Source of the DNA: an uncultured Gemmatimonadales bacterium
GTDB lineage: Bacteria > Gemmatimonadota > Gemmatimonadetes > Gemmatimonadales > GWC2-71-9
DNA length: 64,000 bases
Assembly: GCA_963842945.1 (NCBI GenBank)
Contig: CAWJIM010000003.1
Span: forward strand, 64,001 to 128,000
Reading direction: 5' to 3'
The notes beneath the pieces are model-generated. The model had not been told where the DNA came from. It did not search any database and saw only the letters and a list, made by a program, of their open reading frames with translations. Shown here piece after piece: positions 9,460-19,281 of the stretch. A program made the translations under genes and the position numbers. Each line of letters begins with the position of its first letter. The stretch's first letter is position 1.

Positions 9460-12198
9460 GTGTATCTTCGAACTTGCGGACTCAACCCTGCAGGACTCGT
9501 GGTCTCGATCATCCAGCTACTTAACCGACCTTCCCTGATCAGCGCCGTGGCCCTGGCCGCGGTGGTGGTCCTACTGTTCTTGCTCTGGCGTGAGGCCCGC
9601 AAGCGGCGGCGGGCCCAGCGTTTGAGTGACGAGCTGCGGAGTCAGCTGCAGACGGTGACCGCCACCATGCGGGAAGGGGTGATTGCCTACGACATGGACC
9701 GGAAGCTTCGGTTCGTGAACCCCGCCTTCGAGCGGCTCGCCGGATATTCGGATGAAGAGCTGAGGGACCAGGAGTTCCTCCAGTACATCCACCCCGAGGA
9801 CCGCTCCGCCATCATCGCGGAATGGGATCGGCTGTCCCAGGGTGGAGCGCTGAGAGACCAGGAGTACCGAGTGGTGACCCGGACCGGGCAAATTCGCTGG
9901 TGCGCCAGTAGCTGGGAGCCGATGCGAGACGAGACCGGGCGCCAGATCGGATACCTCGGCACCGAATTCGATATCACCGAGCGGAAGGTGGCGGAGGAGG
10001 AGATGCGACTCGACACCGAGCTGTTCCAGGCGGTGCTCGAGGTCGAGCAGGCAGTCACCGCGGCGGGACTCAATTCCGAGACGGTGATGCGAGTGATCGC
10101 GGAGCGCAGCAAGACGCTCACCGGCGCGAGCGGCGCGGTAATCGAGGCGGTGGAAGGTGACGAGGTGGTGCCGATGCTGCACATCGGCACCGAGGCGCCC
10201 AGGCTCAAGCTGAAGGGGAGCCTGTCCGGGCTGGGTGTTCAAACCGGCGAGCTGCAGCGCAGTGACGACACCTATAATGATCCCCGAATTCAGCACCAGG
10301 CCTATCGGGATCTTCGGATTCGCTCGCTGCTCGTGGTTCCGCTGCGGGATGAACAACGCATTCTCGGGCTTCTGAAGGTCGTTTCACCCGAGCCCAATGC
10401 CTTCAACGATCGCGACGCCAAGGCGCTGCGTTTGCTGGGGGGGTTGATGGGAGCGGCGCTGGGACACGCCGAGGCCTACGAGGGAAGGCGGACCCGGTTG
10501 GAGGAGCGCACCCGCGCCTTGCAAGAGAGCGAGCAGAGGTTCAAGCAGCTGATCGACGTGGCCCAGGAAGGGATTTGGGTCGCCGATGACCGCGGTATCC
10601 TCACCTATGTCAATCAGCGGATGGCCGACCTCCTGGGCTACTCCAACGGCAGCATGCTGGGCCGGCAGGTCTACGATTTCATCGAAGCCGATTCTCGCTC
10701 CGGTGCCAAGCATACGCTAAGCCGACGGGGAGCTCGTCCCGGGACCAGTCAGGACCTGAGGTTCCTCAAGCGCGACGGCACCCAGCTCTGGGGACTGGTG
10801 TCATCCAGCCCGATCCTGGGCAAGGACGGGGCCCTGGTGGGTACTGTCGGCATGGTCACCGACATCACGGAACGGAAGCGCGCGGAGGAGCAGCTCCGCC
10901 GGACAGCAGATCGTCTGGCCATGCTGCACGACATGGATCAGGCGATCGTATCGGCGCAGTCTCTTCCCGAGATCGGCCGAGCCGCGCTGGGCCGGATGCG
11001 CCGGATGATTCCCTGCCAGCAGTGCCTGGTCGCCCTATTCGACTTTCCCAGCAGAGAAGCTCAGATGATCGCCGGATTCTCGGCCGGCTCCCAGCTCCAG
11101 CCAGCTCCGGTGCCGCTGGCTGATTTCGCCTCGAGCGATACCCTGCGCAGCGGATCAGTTCGCTATGTGGAAGACCTCTCGACGGTGAACGACAATCCTC
11201 CGTTCCACCGCCAGCTCCTGGCCGGCGGCATGCGGTCTGTGCTCTCGGTCCCGCTGCTGGTCGAAGGGGAGGCTATAGGCGAGATCACCATGGCGTCGGG
11301 TACCCCGGGCGCGTTTAACGCGGAGCACCGCGACATCGCGCTGGAGGTGGCTGCCCCGCTGGCCATCGCCATCCGGCACGCCAGCCTGCGAGACGAGTTG
11401 GCGCGGCAAACCGGAGAGCTGGAGCGGAGAGTAGCCGAACGGAGCGCCGCGGTTCGCGCGGCGACAGCGGAGCTGGAGACCGTGCTCTACTCGGTCTCGC
11501 ACGATCTGCGAGGGCCGCTCCGCCAGCTGCTGGGCTTCTCGAAGCTGCTGATCGAGGAGTCCGCCCCGGAGCTGGAACCGTCGGCGTTGCACTACGCCCA
11601 ACGAATCCATCAGGCCGCGAATAGCATGTCGAGCCTGGTGGACGATCTGGTCAATGTTTCCCGAATCGGCCGCCAGGATCTGCTTCGCCGACAGGTCAAC
11701 TTGACTCCGCTGGTCGAGGACGTGGTCGGACAGCTTCGGGCCCAGACCAACGGCAGGGTCATCGAGTGGCAGATCGAGGAGTTGCCGAGTGTGGAGGGTG
11801 ACAGCGGCCTGATCAAGCTGGCGCTGAACAACCTGCTCTCCAATGCCGTCAAGTTCACCCGGCCCCGACAGAAGGCCGTCATCCGAATCAGACCGGTCGA
11901 GTTCGACGGCCAGGTGGGCTTGGCCATCGAGGACAATGGAGTGGGGTTCAAGATGGCGTACGCCGGGAAACTATTCGGGATGTTTCAGCGGCTTCATCGA
12001 GCGGATGAGTTTGAGGGCAACGGAGCGGGCCTGGCCCTGGTGCAGCGCATCGCCCATAAGCACGGCGGTCGAGTCTGGGCCGAGGCGGAGCCCGAGCGCG
12101 GAGCGACATTTTATTTGACGCTCGGCAGCGGGGCCGTGGGGCAGCGAGGCGGGGAAAATTTAGAGGAGCTTCGGCCTGACTCTCATTCCGGCTCATGA
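9460..12198 (+). CDS. Sensor histidine kinase (TM-PAS-GAF-PAS-GAF-HisKA-HATPase)
   Basis: DITERK PAC motifs twice, SHDLRGPL H-box, NLLSNAVKF, DNGVGF, GAGLAL. Confidence 0.9.
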   Translation: MYLRTCGLNPAGLVVSIIQLLNRPSLISAVALAAVVVLLFLLWREARKRRRAQRLSDELRSQLQTVTATMREGVIAYDMDRKLRFVNPAFERLAGYSDEELRDQEFLQYIHPEDRSAIIAEWDRLSQGGALRDQEYRVVTRTGQIRWCASSWEPMRDETGRQIGYLGTEFDITERKVAEEEMRLDTELFQAVLEVEQAVTAAGLNSETVMRVIAERSKTLTGASGAVIEAVEGDEVVPMLHIGTEAPRLKLKGSLSGLGVQTGELQRSDDTYNDPRIQHQAYRDLRIRSLLVVPLRDEQRILGLLKVVSPEPNAFNDRDAKALRLLGGLMGAALGHAEAYEGRRTRLEERTRALQESEQRFKQLIDVAQEGIWVADDRGILTYVNQRMADLLGYSNGSMLGRQVYDFIEADSRSGAKHTLSRRGARPGTSQDLRFLKRDGTQLWGLVSSSPILGKDGALVGTVGMVTDITERKRAEEQLRRTADRLAMLHDMDQAIVSAQSLPEIGRAALGRMRRMIPCQQCLVALFDFPSREAQMIAGFSAGSQLQPAPVPLADFASSDTLRSGSVRYVEDLSTVNDNPPFHRQLLAGGMRSVLSVPLLVEGEAIGEITMASGTPGAFNAEHRDIALEVAAPLAIAIRHASLRDELARQTGELERRVAERSAAVRAATAELETVLYSVSHDLRGPLRQLLGFSKLLIEESAPELEPSALHYAQRIHQAANSMSSLVDDLVNVSRIGRQDLLRRQVNLTPLVEDVVGQLRAQTNGRVIEWQIEELPSVEGDSGLIKLALNNLLSNAVKFTRPRQKAVIRIRPVEFDGQVGLAIEDNGVGFKMAYAGKLFGMFQRLHRADEFEGNGAGLALVQRIAHKHGGRVWAEAEPERGATFYLTLGSGAVGQRGGENLEELRPDSHSGS

Positions 12199-12231
12199 CT
12201 GCCCCGCTGCCCCGCCGCCCCGCTGCCCCGC
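12124..12231. repeat. 8-bp-unit (GGGGCAGC/GCTGCCCC) imperfect palindromic repeat spanning the kinase stop and the regulator start
   Basis: G-rich arm 12124-12154; C-rich arm ctgccccgctgccccgccgccccgctgccccgc at 12199-12231. Confidence 0.7.
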
Positions 12232-12683
12232 TTACAGCCGACATTCTGGTCGTCGAAGACAGCCCGCTCGAGGTGGAGCTCACCGTGCTTCCCCTGCGGG
12301 AGCTGGAGAGTGCTGCGGAAATCGCGGTGGCCCGTGACGGCGAAGAAGCGCTCGACTTCCTTTTCGGCCGAGGCGGGTACCGCAGCCGCAGTGGCGCGGC
12401 GCCTCCCCGACTGATCCTGCTCAGTCTGAAGCTGCCCAAGCTGGACGGTCTGGAAGTGCTGCGAGCCATTCGCACCAACAGCCGGACCAGCACGGCTCCA
12501 GTCGTTGTCCTGACCTCAGCGGACGATCCCCGCGAGCTGGCCCAGTGTTATCAGCTTGGCGCCAACAGCTGCGTCCAGAAGCCGGTCCACTTCGAGGACC
12601 TGCGCTCAGTGCTCCAGGCCATCGCCCGGTATTGGCTGGGGCTGAATCAGTCGCCTCCCGGACCCGCTTTGCCCCTGGTGTAA
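12195..12683 (+). CDS. Single-domain response regulator with the acceptor Asp replaced by Ser
   Basis: ILVVED, ARDGEEALDFL, LILLSLKLPKLDG, VVVLTS, KPV; ATGA overlap with the kinase. Confidence 0.85.
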   Translation: MTAPLPRRPAAPLTADILVVEDSPLEVELTVLPLRELESAAEIAVARDGEEALDFLFGRGGYRSRSGAAPPRLILLSLKLPKLDGLEVLRAIRTNSRTSTAPVVVLTSADDPRELAQCYQLGANSCVQKPVHFEDLRSVLQAIARYWLGLNQSPPGPALPLV

Positions 12684-12765
12684 CCCGCCTGCAACTTTCG
12701 AGAGAGTTCCGGCGTCTGTTCACACGACCCGCCTTTCAACCGTTGCCTTGCTTTGAGGAATTTTC

Positions 12766-15523
12766 GTGCTGCCACTACTTCTCCGCGCCGCGCTTCTCCT
12801 GGGCTCGATCGCGCTGATCGAGCTGCCGCATCCGCTGGCGGCCCAGAAAACCGCACCCGCTACCCTCGACATACCCTTTCACCGGTTCGTGCTTCCCAAC
12901 GGGCTGACCTTGATCGTTCATGAGGATCACAAGGCGCCAATCGTAGCGGTGAACGTCTGGTATCATGTCGGTTCCAAGAACGAGCGCCCGGGCCGCACCG
13001 GCTTTGCTCACCTGTTCGAGCACCTGATGTTCAACGGCAGCGAGAATTACGACAAGGATTTCTTCGGTCCGCTGGAGCAGGCCGGCGCCACCGACATGAA
13101 CGGGACCACCAACGAGGACCGGACCAACTATTTCGAGAACGTCCCCACCAATGCACTGGACCTCGTCCTCTGGATGGAGTCCGACCGGATGGGACATCTC
13201 ACCGGGGCTATCAGCTCAACCCAAGCTGGACGAGCAGCGTGGAGTGGTTCAGAACGAGAAGCGTCAGGGAGAAAATGAACCCTACGGCAAGGTCTGGGAC
13301 TTTCTTACTCCCAAGCTGTACCCCGCCAATCATCCCTATTCCTGGATGACCATCGGCTCTATGGAGGACCTCGATGCCGCCAAGCTGCCCGACGTGAAAG
13401 ACTGGTTCACCACCTACTATGGCGCAGCCAACGCGGTGGTGGTGGTAGCGGGAGACATCGACCTGCAAACCGCCAGACAGAAAGTCGAGCAGTACTTCGG
13501 CGACATACCGGCCGGCCCTCCGGTGGCTCGGCAGCAGGCCTGGATCGCCAAGCGGACCGGCAGTCAACGGGGCGTGATGCAGGATCGGGTGCCCCAAGCG
13601 CGCGTCTACAAGGTGTGGAACGTCCCAGGGTGGGGCACTCCCGAAGCCGATTATCTCAACCTGCTGAGCGACGTATTGAGCAGCGGCAAGTCATCCCGGC
13701 TCTACAAGCGTTTGGTCTATGACGATCAGACTGCGACCGACGTGTCGGCCTATGTCGATATGCGGGAGATCGGGGGGCTGTTCGTGGTCGAGGCAACCGC
13801 TCGCCCCGGCGTCGACCTGGCGCGGGTGGAGAAGGCGGTGGACGAAGAACTACGCCGCCTGCTGGCGGGCGGACCTACGGCAGCCGAGCTCCGCCGGATC
13901 AAGACCCAATACCGGGCCGGCTTCATCCGGGGGGTGGAGCGGATCGGCGGCTTCGGCGGCAAGTCTGACGTCCTGGCGCAGGGTGAGGTGTTTGCCGGTC
14001 GTCCTGACTTCTACAAGGTGAGGCTGAACCGGGTGCGTCAGGCCACCACCACCCAACTCAGCAGCGCAGCACGGCAGTGGCTCACCGATGGAGTCTACAC
14101 CCTCGAGGTTCGTCCCTACCCCGAGTTTCAGACGGCATCCGCTGGAGCCGACCGCTCCAAGCTCCCGGAGCCAGGCACGCCGGCAGAGGCGAAGTTTCCC
14201 GAGCTGGAGAGAGCCACGCTTTCCAACGGACTCAAAGTTGTTCTCGCTCGGCGACCTTCGATTCCGCAGGTCCGCCTCGACCTGGTGCTCGACGCCGGCT
14301 TTGCCGCGGATAAGTCGGTTATTCCGGGTACCGCCAGCATGACGCTGGCCATGATGGATGAAGGCACCACCGGGCGGAACGCCATTCAGATCAGCGATGA
14401 GCTGGCGCAACTGGGCGCCAACCTGAGTACCGGTTCCCGGCTGGATGTCTCCAGCGTTTCCCTGGAGGCGCTCAAGGAGAATCTGGATCCTTCACTGGCT
14501 GTCTATGCCGACGTGATCCTGCATCCGTCGTTTCCACGACAGGATTTCGAGCGGCTGAAGAAACAGAGATTGGCTCAGATCCAGCAAGAAAAAGCAGATC
14601 CGGTAGGATTGGCGCTCCGGGTTTTCCCCGGGCTTCTGTATGGGCCGGGCCACGCCTACGCCAATCCCTGGACCGGTTCGGGCACCGAGGAATCCACCAG
14701 CCGTCTCAAGCGGGAGGATTTGATCCGCTTCCACGACACCTGGTTCAAACCGAATCATGCGACGATGGTCGTGGTCGGCGCCACCACGATGGAGGAGATC
14801 CGGCCCCGGCTGGAGCGCCTGTTCGCCGGCTGGAAACCGGGCGATGTTCCGGCCAAGTCTATTGCGACGGTGGAACAGCAGCCTCGGCCGGTGGTCTACC
14901 TGATGGACCGGCCCGGCTCGCTTCAGTCGGTAATCATCGCCGGCAACCTCGCGCCGCCCAAGGCCAACCCGAATGAGGTCGCCATTCAGACCATGAACGG
15001 CGTGCTGGGCAGCGACTTCAGCTCGCGAGTCAACATGAATCTGCGGGAGGACAAGCACTGGGCCTACGGCGCTTTTACCTTCTTTCGGGATGCCCGTGGC
15101 CAGCGGCCATTCATTGCCTACGCCCCGGTTCAGACCGACAAGACCAAGGAGGCCGTCGTCGAGCTCGACAAGGAGCTTCGGGGCATCGTGAAGGATCGAC
15201 CGATCGAGCCGGCCGAGCTCTCCCGGGCCCAGGCCTCGCTCACCCTGACCCTGCCCGGTTCATGGGAAACGATGGGGGCCTTGTCGGGCGCGATCACCGA
15301 CATTCTGAGCTACGGGCTGGACGATCGCTACTATGATACCTTTGCTCAGAAGGTGCGGTCCCAGACGATCCAGAGTCTCACGCAAGTGGCGGCCGATGTG
15401 GTCCACCCCAACCAGCTGATCTGGGTCATCGTGGGCGACCGGTCCAAAATCGAGACTGGAATTCGAGACCTGAAGCTGGGGGAGATTCGGCTGATCGACA
15501 GCAACGGGAAGCCCCTGACCTGA
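12766..15523 (+). CDS. M16 family zinc peptidase (insulinase/pitrilysin), frameshift near 13215
   Basis: Signal peptide, HLFEH (HxxEH), NGTTNEDRTNY, two M16 halves, LREDKHWAY. Confidence 0.9.
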
Positions 15524-15552
15524 TGGCTTCCCATATTCCAACGGAGTAGACC

Positions 15553-15982
15553 ATGACAACCAGCAGTGCCAGCGCGGTGTGGGAGGGTGTTTTGCGCAGC
15601 GGGCGGGGCCACTTCAAGGCGGCCTCCGGCGCGTTCGAGGGTGACTACTCGTTTGCCACCAGATTCGAGGGTGCCCGGGGGACCAACCCCGAAGAGCTGA
15701 TTGCCGCGGCACATGCCGCCTGCCTCAGCATGGCCCTTTCTGCCGGGCTCGAGAAGGGCGGCACCCCCGCTACCCGAATCAGTACCAAGGCGTCGTGTAC
15801 CGTCGAGAAGGCGGGAGAAGGATTCAAGATTACGCAAGATGCGCTTGGAGGTCCGGGGCAAAGTTTCGGGCTTGGACCAAGCCGGCTTTGCCAAGGCAGC
15901 GGAAGCCGCCAAGAACGGCTGCCCCGTATCTACCGCATTGCAGGGCAACGTTCAGATGGAGCTGGACGCCAAGCTGGAATAG
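15553..15982 (+). CDS. osmC: OsmC family peroxiredoxin, frameshift near 15835
   Basis: TNPEELIAAAHAAC and AKNGCPVS motifs in adjacent frames. Confidence 0.9.
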
Positions 15983-16001
15983 CAAGTCCGAGTAAGCGCT
16001 T

Positions 16002-16030
16002 AGTATTCTGTATATTGTATACAAAATACT
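16002..16030. promoter_or_regulatory. Putative GntR/FadR-family operator (autoregulation)
   Basis: AT-rich imperfect palindrome AGTATTcTGTATAttgTATACAaAATACT containing TTGTATACAA, just before the gntR start. Confidence 0.65.
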
Positions 16031-16037
16031 TAATTCA

Positions 16038-16682
16038 ATGAGCCAAGTGATCGGTCGTAAACCCCTCAGAGATCAGGCCTATCAGGAGATCCTCGATCGC
16101 GTTCACCGCGGCGACCTGGCTCCGGGCACCCGCGTAAGGGACACCTCGCTCGCCGGTCAGCTCGGGATCAGCCGTACCCCGATTCGCGAAGCGCTGCTCC
16201 GGCTATCCCGAGAGGGAATCCTGGCAGCCGATATAGGCCGGGGTTTCAGCGTCTGCCGGCTCGATTCGACGGAAATGCGGGAGAGTGGCGCCATCCTCAG
16301 CGCCCTCGAGGTGCTGGCGCTGCAGACCTCCGCCGACATCCCTCCGGAGCGGCTCGGCCGGCTCAGCGAGATCGATAGAGAGCTGGCGTCGATTCGAAGC
16401 GACGTGGACCGGACCGTCGGACTGGAAGAGGAGTGGCACCAAACCCTGCTGCTTGGCTGCCCCAACCGCCGGCTTCGCGATATGATCGACAATCTCTGGC
16501 AGGTGCCGAGACGATATATCCGGGTTTACCTCCGGGAGGCAGGCCGGGTCAGCCTTTCTACTCAGCATCATGCCCGCATCATCGAAGCGTTGAGGCGTAA
16601 CGATCGTACCGCCGCCGCCGACCGGCTGGCCCACCATTGGGAAAGAGGAATCGAGGAGCTGGGCTCATGGCTGGAACGATAG
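16038..16682 (+). CDS. GntR family transcriptional regulator (FCD domain)
   Basis: LAGQLGISRTPIREAL winged HTH; FCD-like C-terminus. Confidence 0.9.
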   Translation: MSQVIGRKPLRDQAYQEILDRVHRGDLAPGTRVRDTSLAGQLGISRTPIREALLRLSREGILAADIGRGFSVCRLDSTEMRESGAILSALEVLALQTSADIPPERLGRLSEIDRELASIRSDVDRTVGLEEEWHQTLLLGCPNRRLRDMIDNLWQVPRRYIRVYLREAGRVSLSTQHHARIIEALRRNDRTAAADRLAHHWERGIEELGSWLER

Positions 16683-17897
16683 CGGCCGACCTGGCTCGAG
16701 ACCTACTGCGCTGGCGCCAGGACACTCCCGGGTGCTCCCGAGTAGCCCACCTGAACAACGCCGGAGCGGCGCTGGTGCCTCGTGTCGTCCGGGAGGCCAT
16801 CGACGCGCATCTCGACCTGGAGAGTGAGATCGGCGCCTATGAAGCGGCCGAGGCCCGCGCGGGAGAGTTGCGGGAGGTATACGCGACCCTGGGCAGGCTG
16901 TTGGGGACGCGAGCCGAGAACGTGGCGCTGGTCCAGAACTCGACAGTTGCGTTTGCTCAGGCAATCAGTGCGTTCGACCTCGGGCCGGAGGACAGCATCC
17001 TTACCAGCCAGGATGATTACGCCTCCAACCAGATCATGTACCTGTCACTGGCGCAAAGAAGGGGTGTGCGCATCGTTCGAGCGCCCGACACCCCCGAAGG
17101 AGGAATAGATCCCGATGAGGTGCGCCGCCTGGTAGCACGCCAACGGCCAACGCTTGTCGCCCTTACCTGGATCCCAACCAACTCTGGTCTGGTTCAGCCG
17201 GCGGAGCTCATCGGGCAGATCTGCCGGGCCTCCGAGGTTCCCTACCTCGTTGACGCCTGCCAGGCTGTGGGTCAAATGCCGATCGACGTCACCCGCCTGG
17301 GCTGCGACTTCCTCTCAGGCACGGCCCGCAAGTTTGTCAGGGGACCGCGGGGTCTGGGCTTCCTCTATATATCCGACCGCATGCTGGGGCGGGGCGCCCA
17401 TCCCCTGCTGATCGATATGCACGGAGCCACCTGGACCGATCGCGACAGATTCGAGCTCACTCCTGACGCCCGGCGCTTCGAGACCTGGGAATTCGCCTAT
17501 GCCCTCATGTTCGGGCTCGGCGCCGCCGCCCAATACGCCCTGGATGTGGGACTGGAGACGGCTCGTGACCGCAGCCGCGGGCTGGCAGCCTACGTTCGAG
17601 ACCGCCTTGCCCGGCTTCCCGGTGTTCGGGTGCTCGATCGAGGGACCGAACTATGTGCCATTGCCACGGCCGAGATCGAGGGGCGGCACGCGGCGGGACG
17701 TGAAACTGGCGCTCCGGCGCCGCGGCATAAATACCAGCTCGCCGGAACGGGAGGACGCGGTCATCGATATGGACTCGAAGCACGCCACCTCGGCACTGCG
17801 GATCTCGCCGCACTACTACAACACCAAGGAAGAGATCGACACGGCGGTTGAGGCCCTCAGTGAAGTGCTGGCCGAGAGGCCATCAGTCTTAGCCTGA
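16667..17897 (+). CDS. PLP-dependent aminotransferase class V (EgtE-like C-S lyase family), frameshift near 17695
   Basis: HLNNAGA, VDACQAVG, SGTARKF (PLP Lys), LRISPHYYN; no C-terminal catalytic Cys loop. Confidence 0.8.
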
Positions 17898-17913
17898 GGC
17901 CTTCTCCGTCCTG

Positions 17914-18590
17914 TCAGGCTTCGCAGGCTCCTTCAGAACCTGCTCCAGCACCCGCCACATCGTCTCCGCCATCCTCCGCTGCACCCTCGGCGGTGGGATG
18001 GACTCCATCCGCCTGAGTCAGGGCACTGACTCCGCCCACTCCTTCGAGCAGGAAGGGAACCAGTGTGGCGCTATGGGCCCGGGCCAGCTGGGGGTAGATC
18101 GACTCGAACTGCTGGCTGTAGGCGCGGCCATAGTTGGGAGGGATCTTCATCCCCACCAGCACCAGCCTTGCGCGGGGCTGCAGCTGGTGAGCCCGGCGCA
18201 GAATCGCATCAACGTTGGACCGCAGCGAATCGAGCTGGTAATCCCCGCAGTCCGTCGTTTGCCCCGGTTTCAACCACCAGCTACCGAGACAGGTTGCTGC
18301 AGGAGCCAGTCCACACGCCTCACCGCACCGGCGGAGGTTTCACCGCTCACCCCGGCATTGATCACCCGGTAAGGCAGTCCCGCTGCATCGATCTTCTGCT
18401 GGATCAGCGCGGGATAGGCTTTGGCTGGATCGATGCCGTAACCTGCGGTGAGGCTGGTTCCCAGAAAGAGAACCGCCGGGCGCTCGGAGCTTTTATCTGG
18501 CGGGTTCGTGGCTGGTTCGTCCTTGACCTGCTGCTCGCAACTCACGATGGCGGCGAGCACGCCGGAGAGGAGTAAGTGTCTGAGTATCAT
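17914..18590 (-). CDS. tesA: Arylesterase/thioesterase (TesA-like SGNH lipoprotein), frameshifted
   Basis: FLGTSLTAGYG, NAGVSGETSAG, GMKIPPNYG, DGVHP; divergent from ybbA-like gene. Confidence 0.8.
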
Positions 18591-18596
18591 TCGTGA

Positions 18597-19281
18597 ATGT
18601 CTGATGCCATTCTGCGCTGCCAATCTCTGAGCCGAACCTACCGCTCGGGCAGCCGCGATCTCACTGTGCTGAAGGATATCACCTTCGATGTGTCGCCGGG
18701 CGAATTTCTGGCGATTCTCGGGCCCTCGGGCAGCGGGAAGACGACGCTGCTCGGGCTGCTGGCCGGATTGGACCTGCCCAGCAGCGGCACGGTACATCTC
18801 GACGGGCAGCATCTGGGCTCGATGACCGAGGATGAGCGAGCCAGACTCCGGGTGGAGAAGATCGGTTTTGTCTTTCAGTCCTTTCAGCTGATGCCCACCC
18901 TCACCGCGCAGGAAAACGTGCAGGTCCCGCTCGAGCTAAGGGGTGAATCCGAGGCCCGCAACCGAGCACGCGACCTGTTGAACCGAGTGGGACTGGGTGG
19001 CCGGGAACACCACTATCCGGTCCAGCTATCCGGTGGCGAGCAGCAGAGAGTGGCTCTGGCAAGAGCGTTCAGCACCCGGCCCGAAAATTCTGTTTGCCGA
19101 TGAGCCGACCGGCAACCTGGACGCCAGTACCGGCGCCACCATCATCGAGCTCATGGCCGGGCTGAACAACGATCAGGGGACGACGCTAATCCTGGTCACT
19201 CACGATCTCGAGCTCGCGGCCAGGGCTCGCCGGACCATTCGCCTGGCGGATGGCCGGCTCAGCGGAGACACCGCGGCATGA
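18597..19281 (+). CDS. ybbA: ABC transporter ATP-binding protein (YbbA-like), frameshift near 19080
   Basis: GPSGSGKT, LSGGEQQRV, ILFADEPTGNLD. Confidence 0.85.

Noticed and set aside
16667..17897. Cysteine desulfurase SufS/IscS
   Set aside because: No catalytic Cys loop and no suf/isc neighbours
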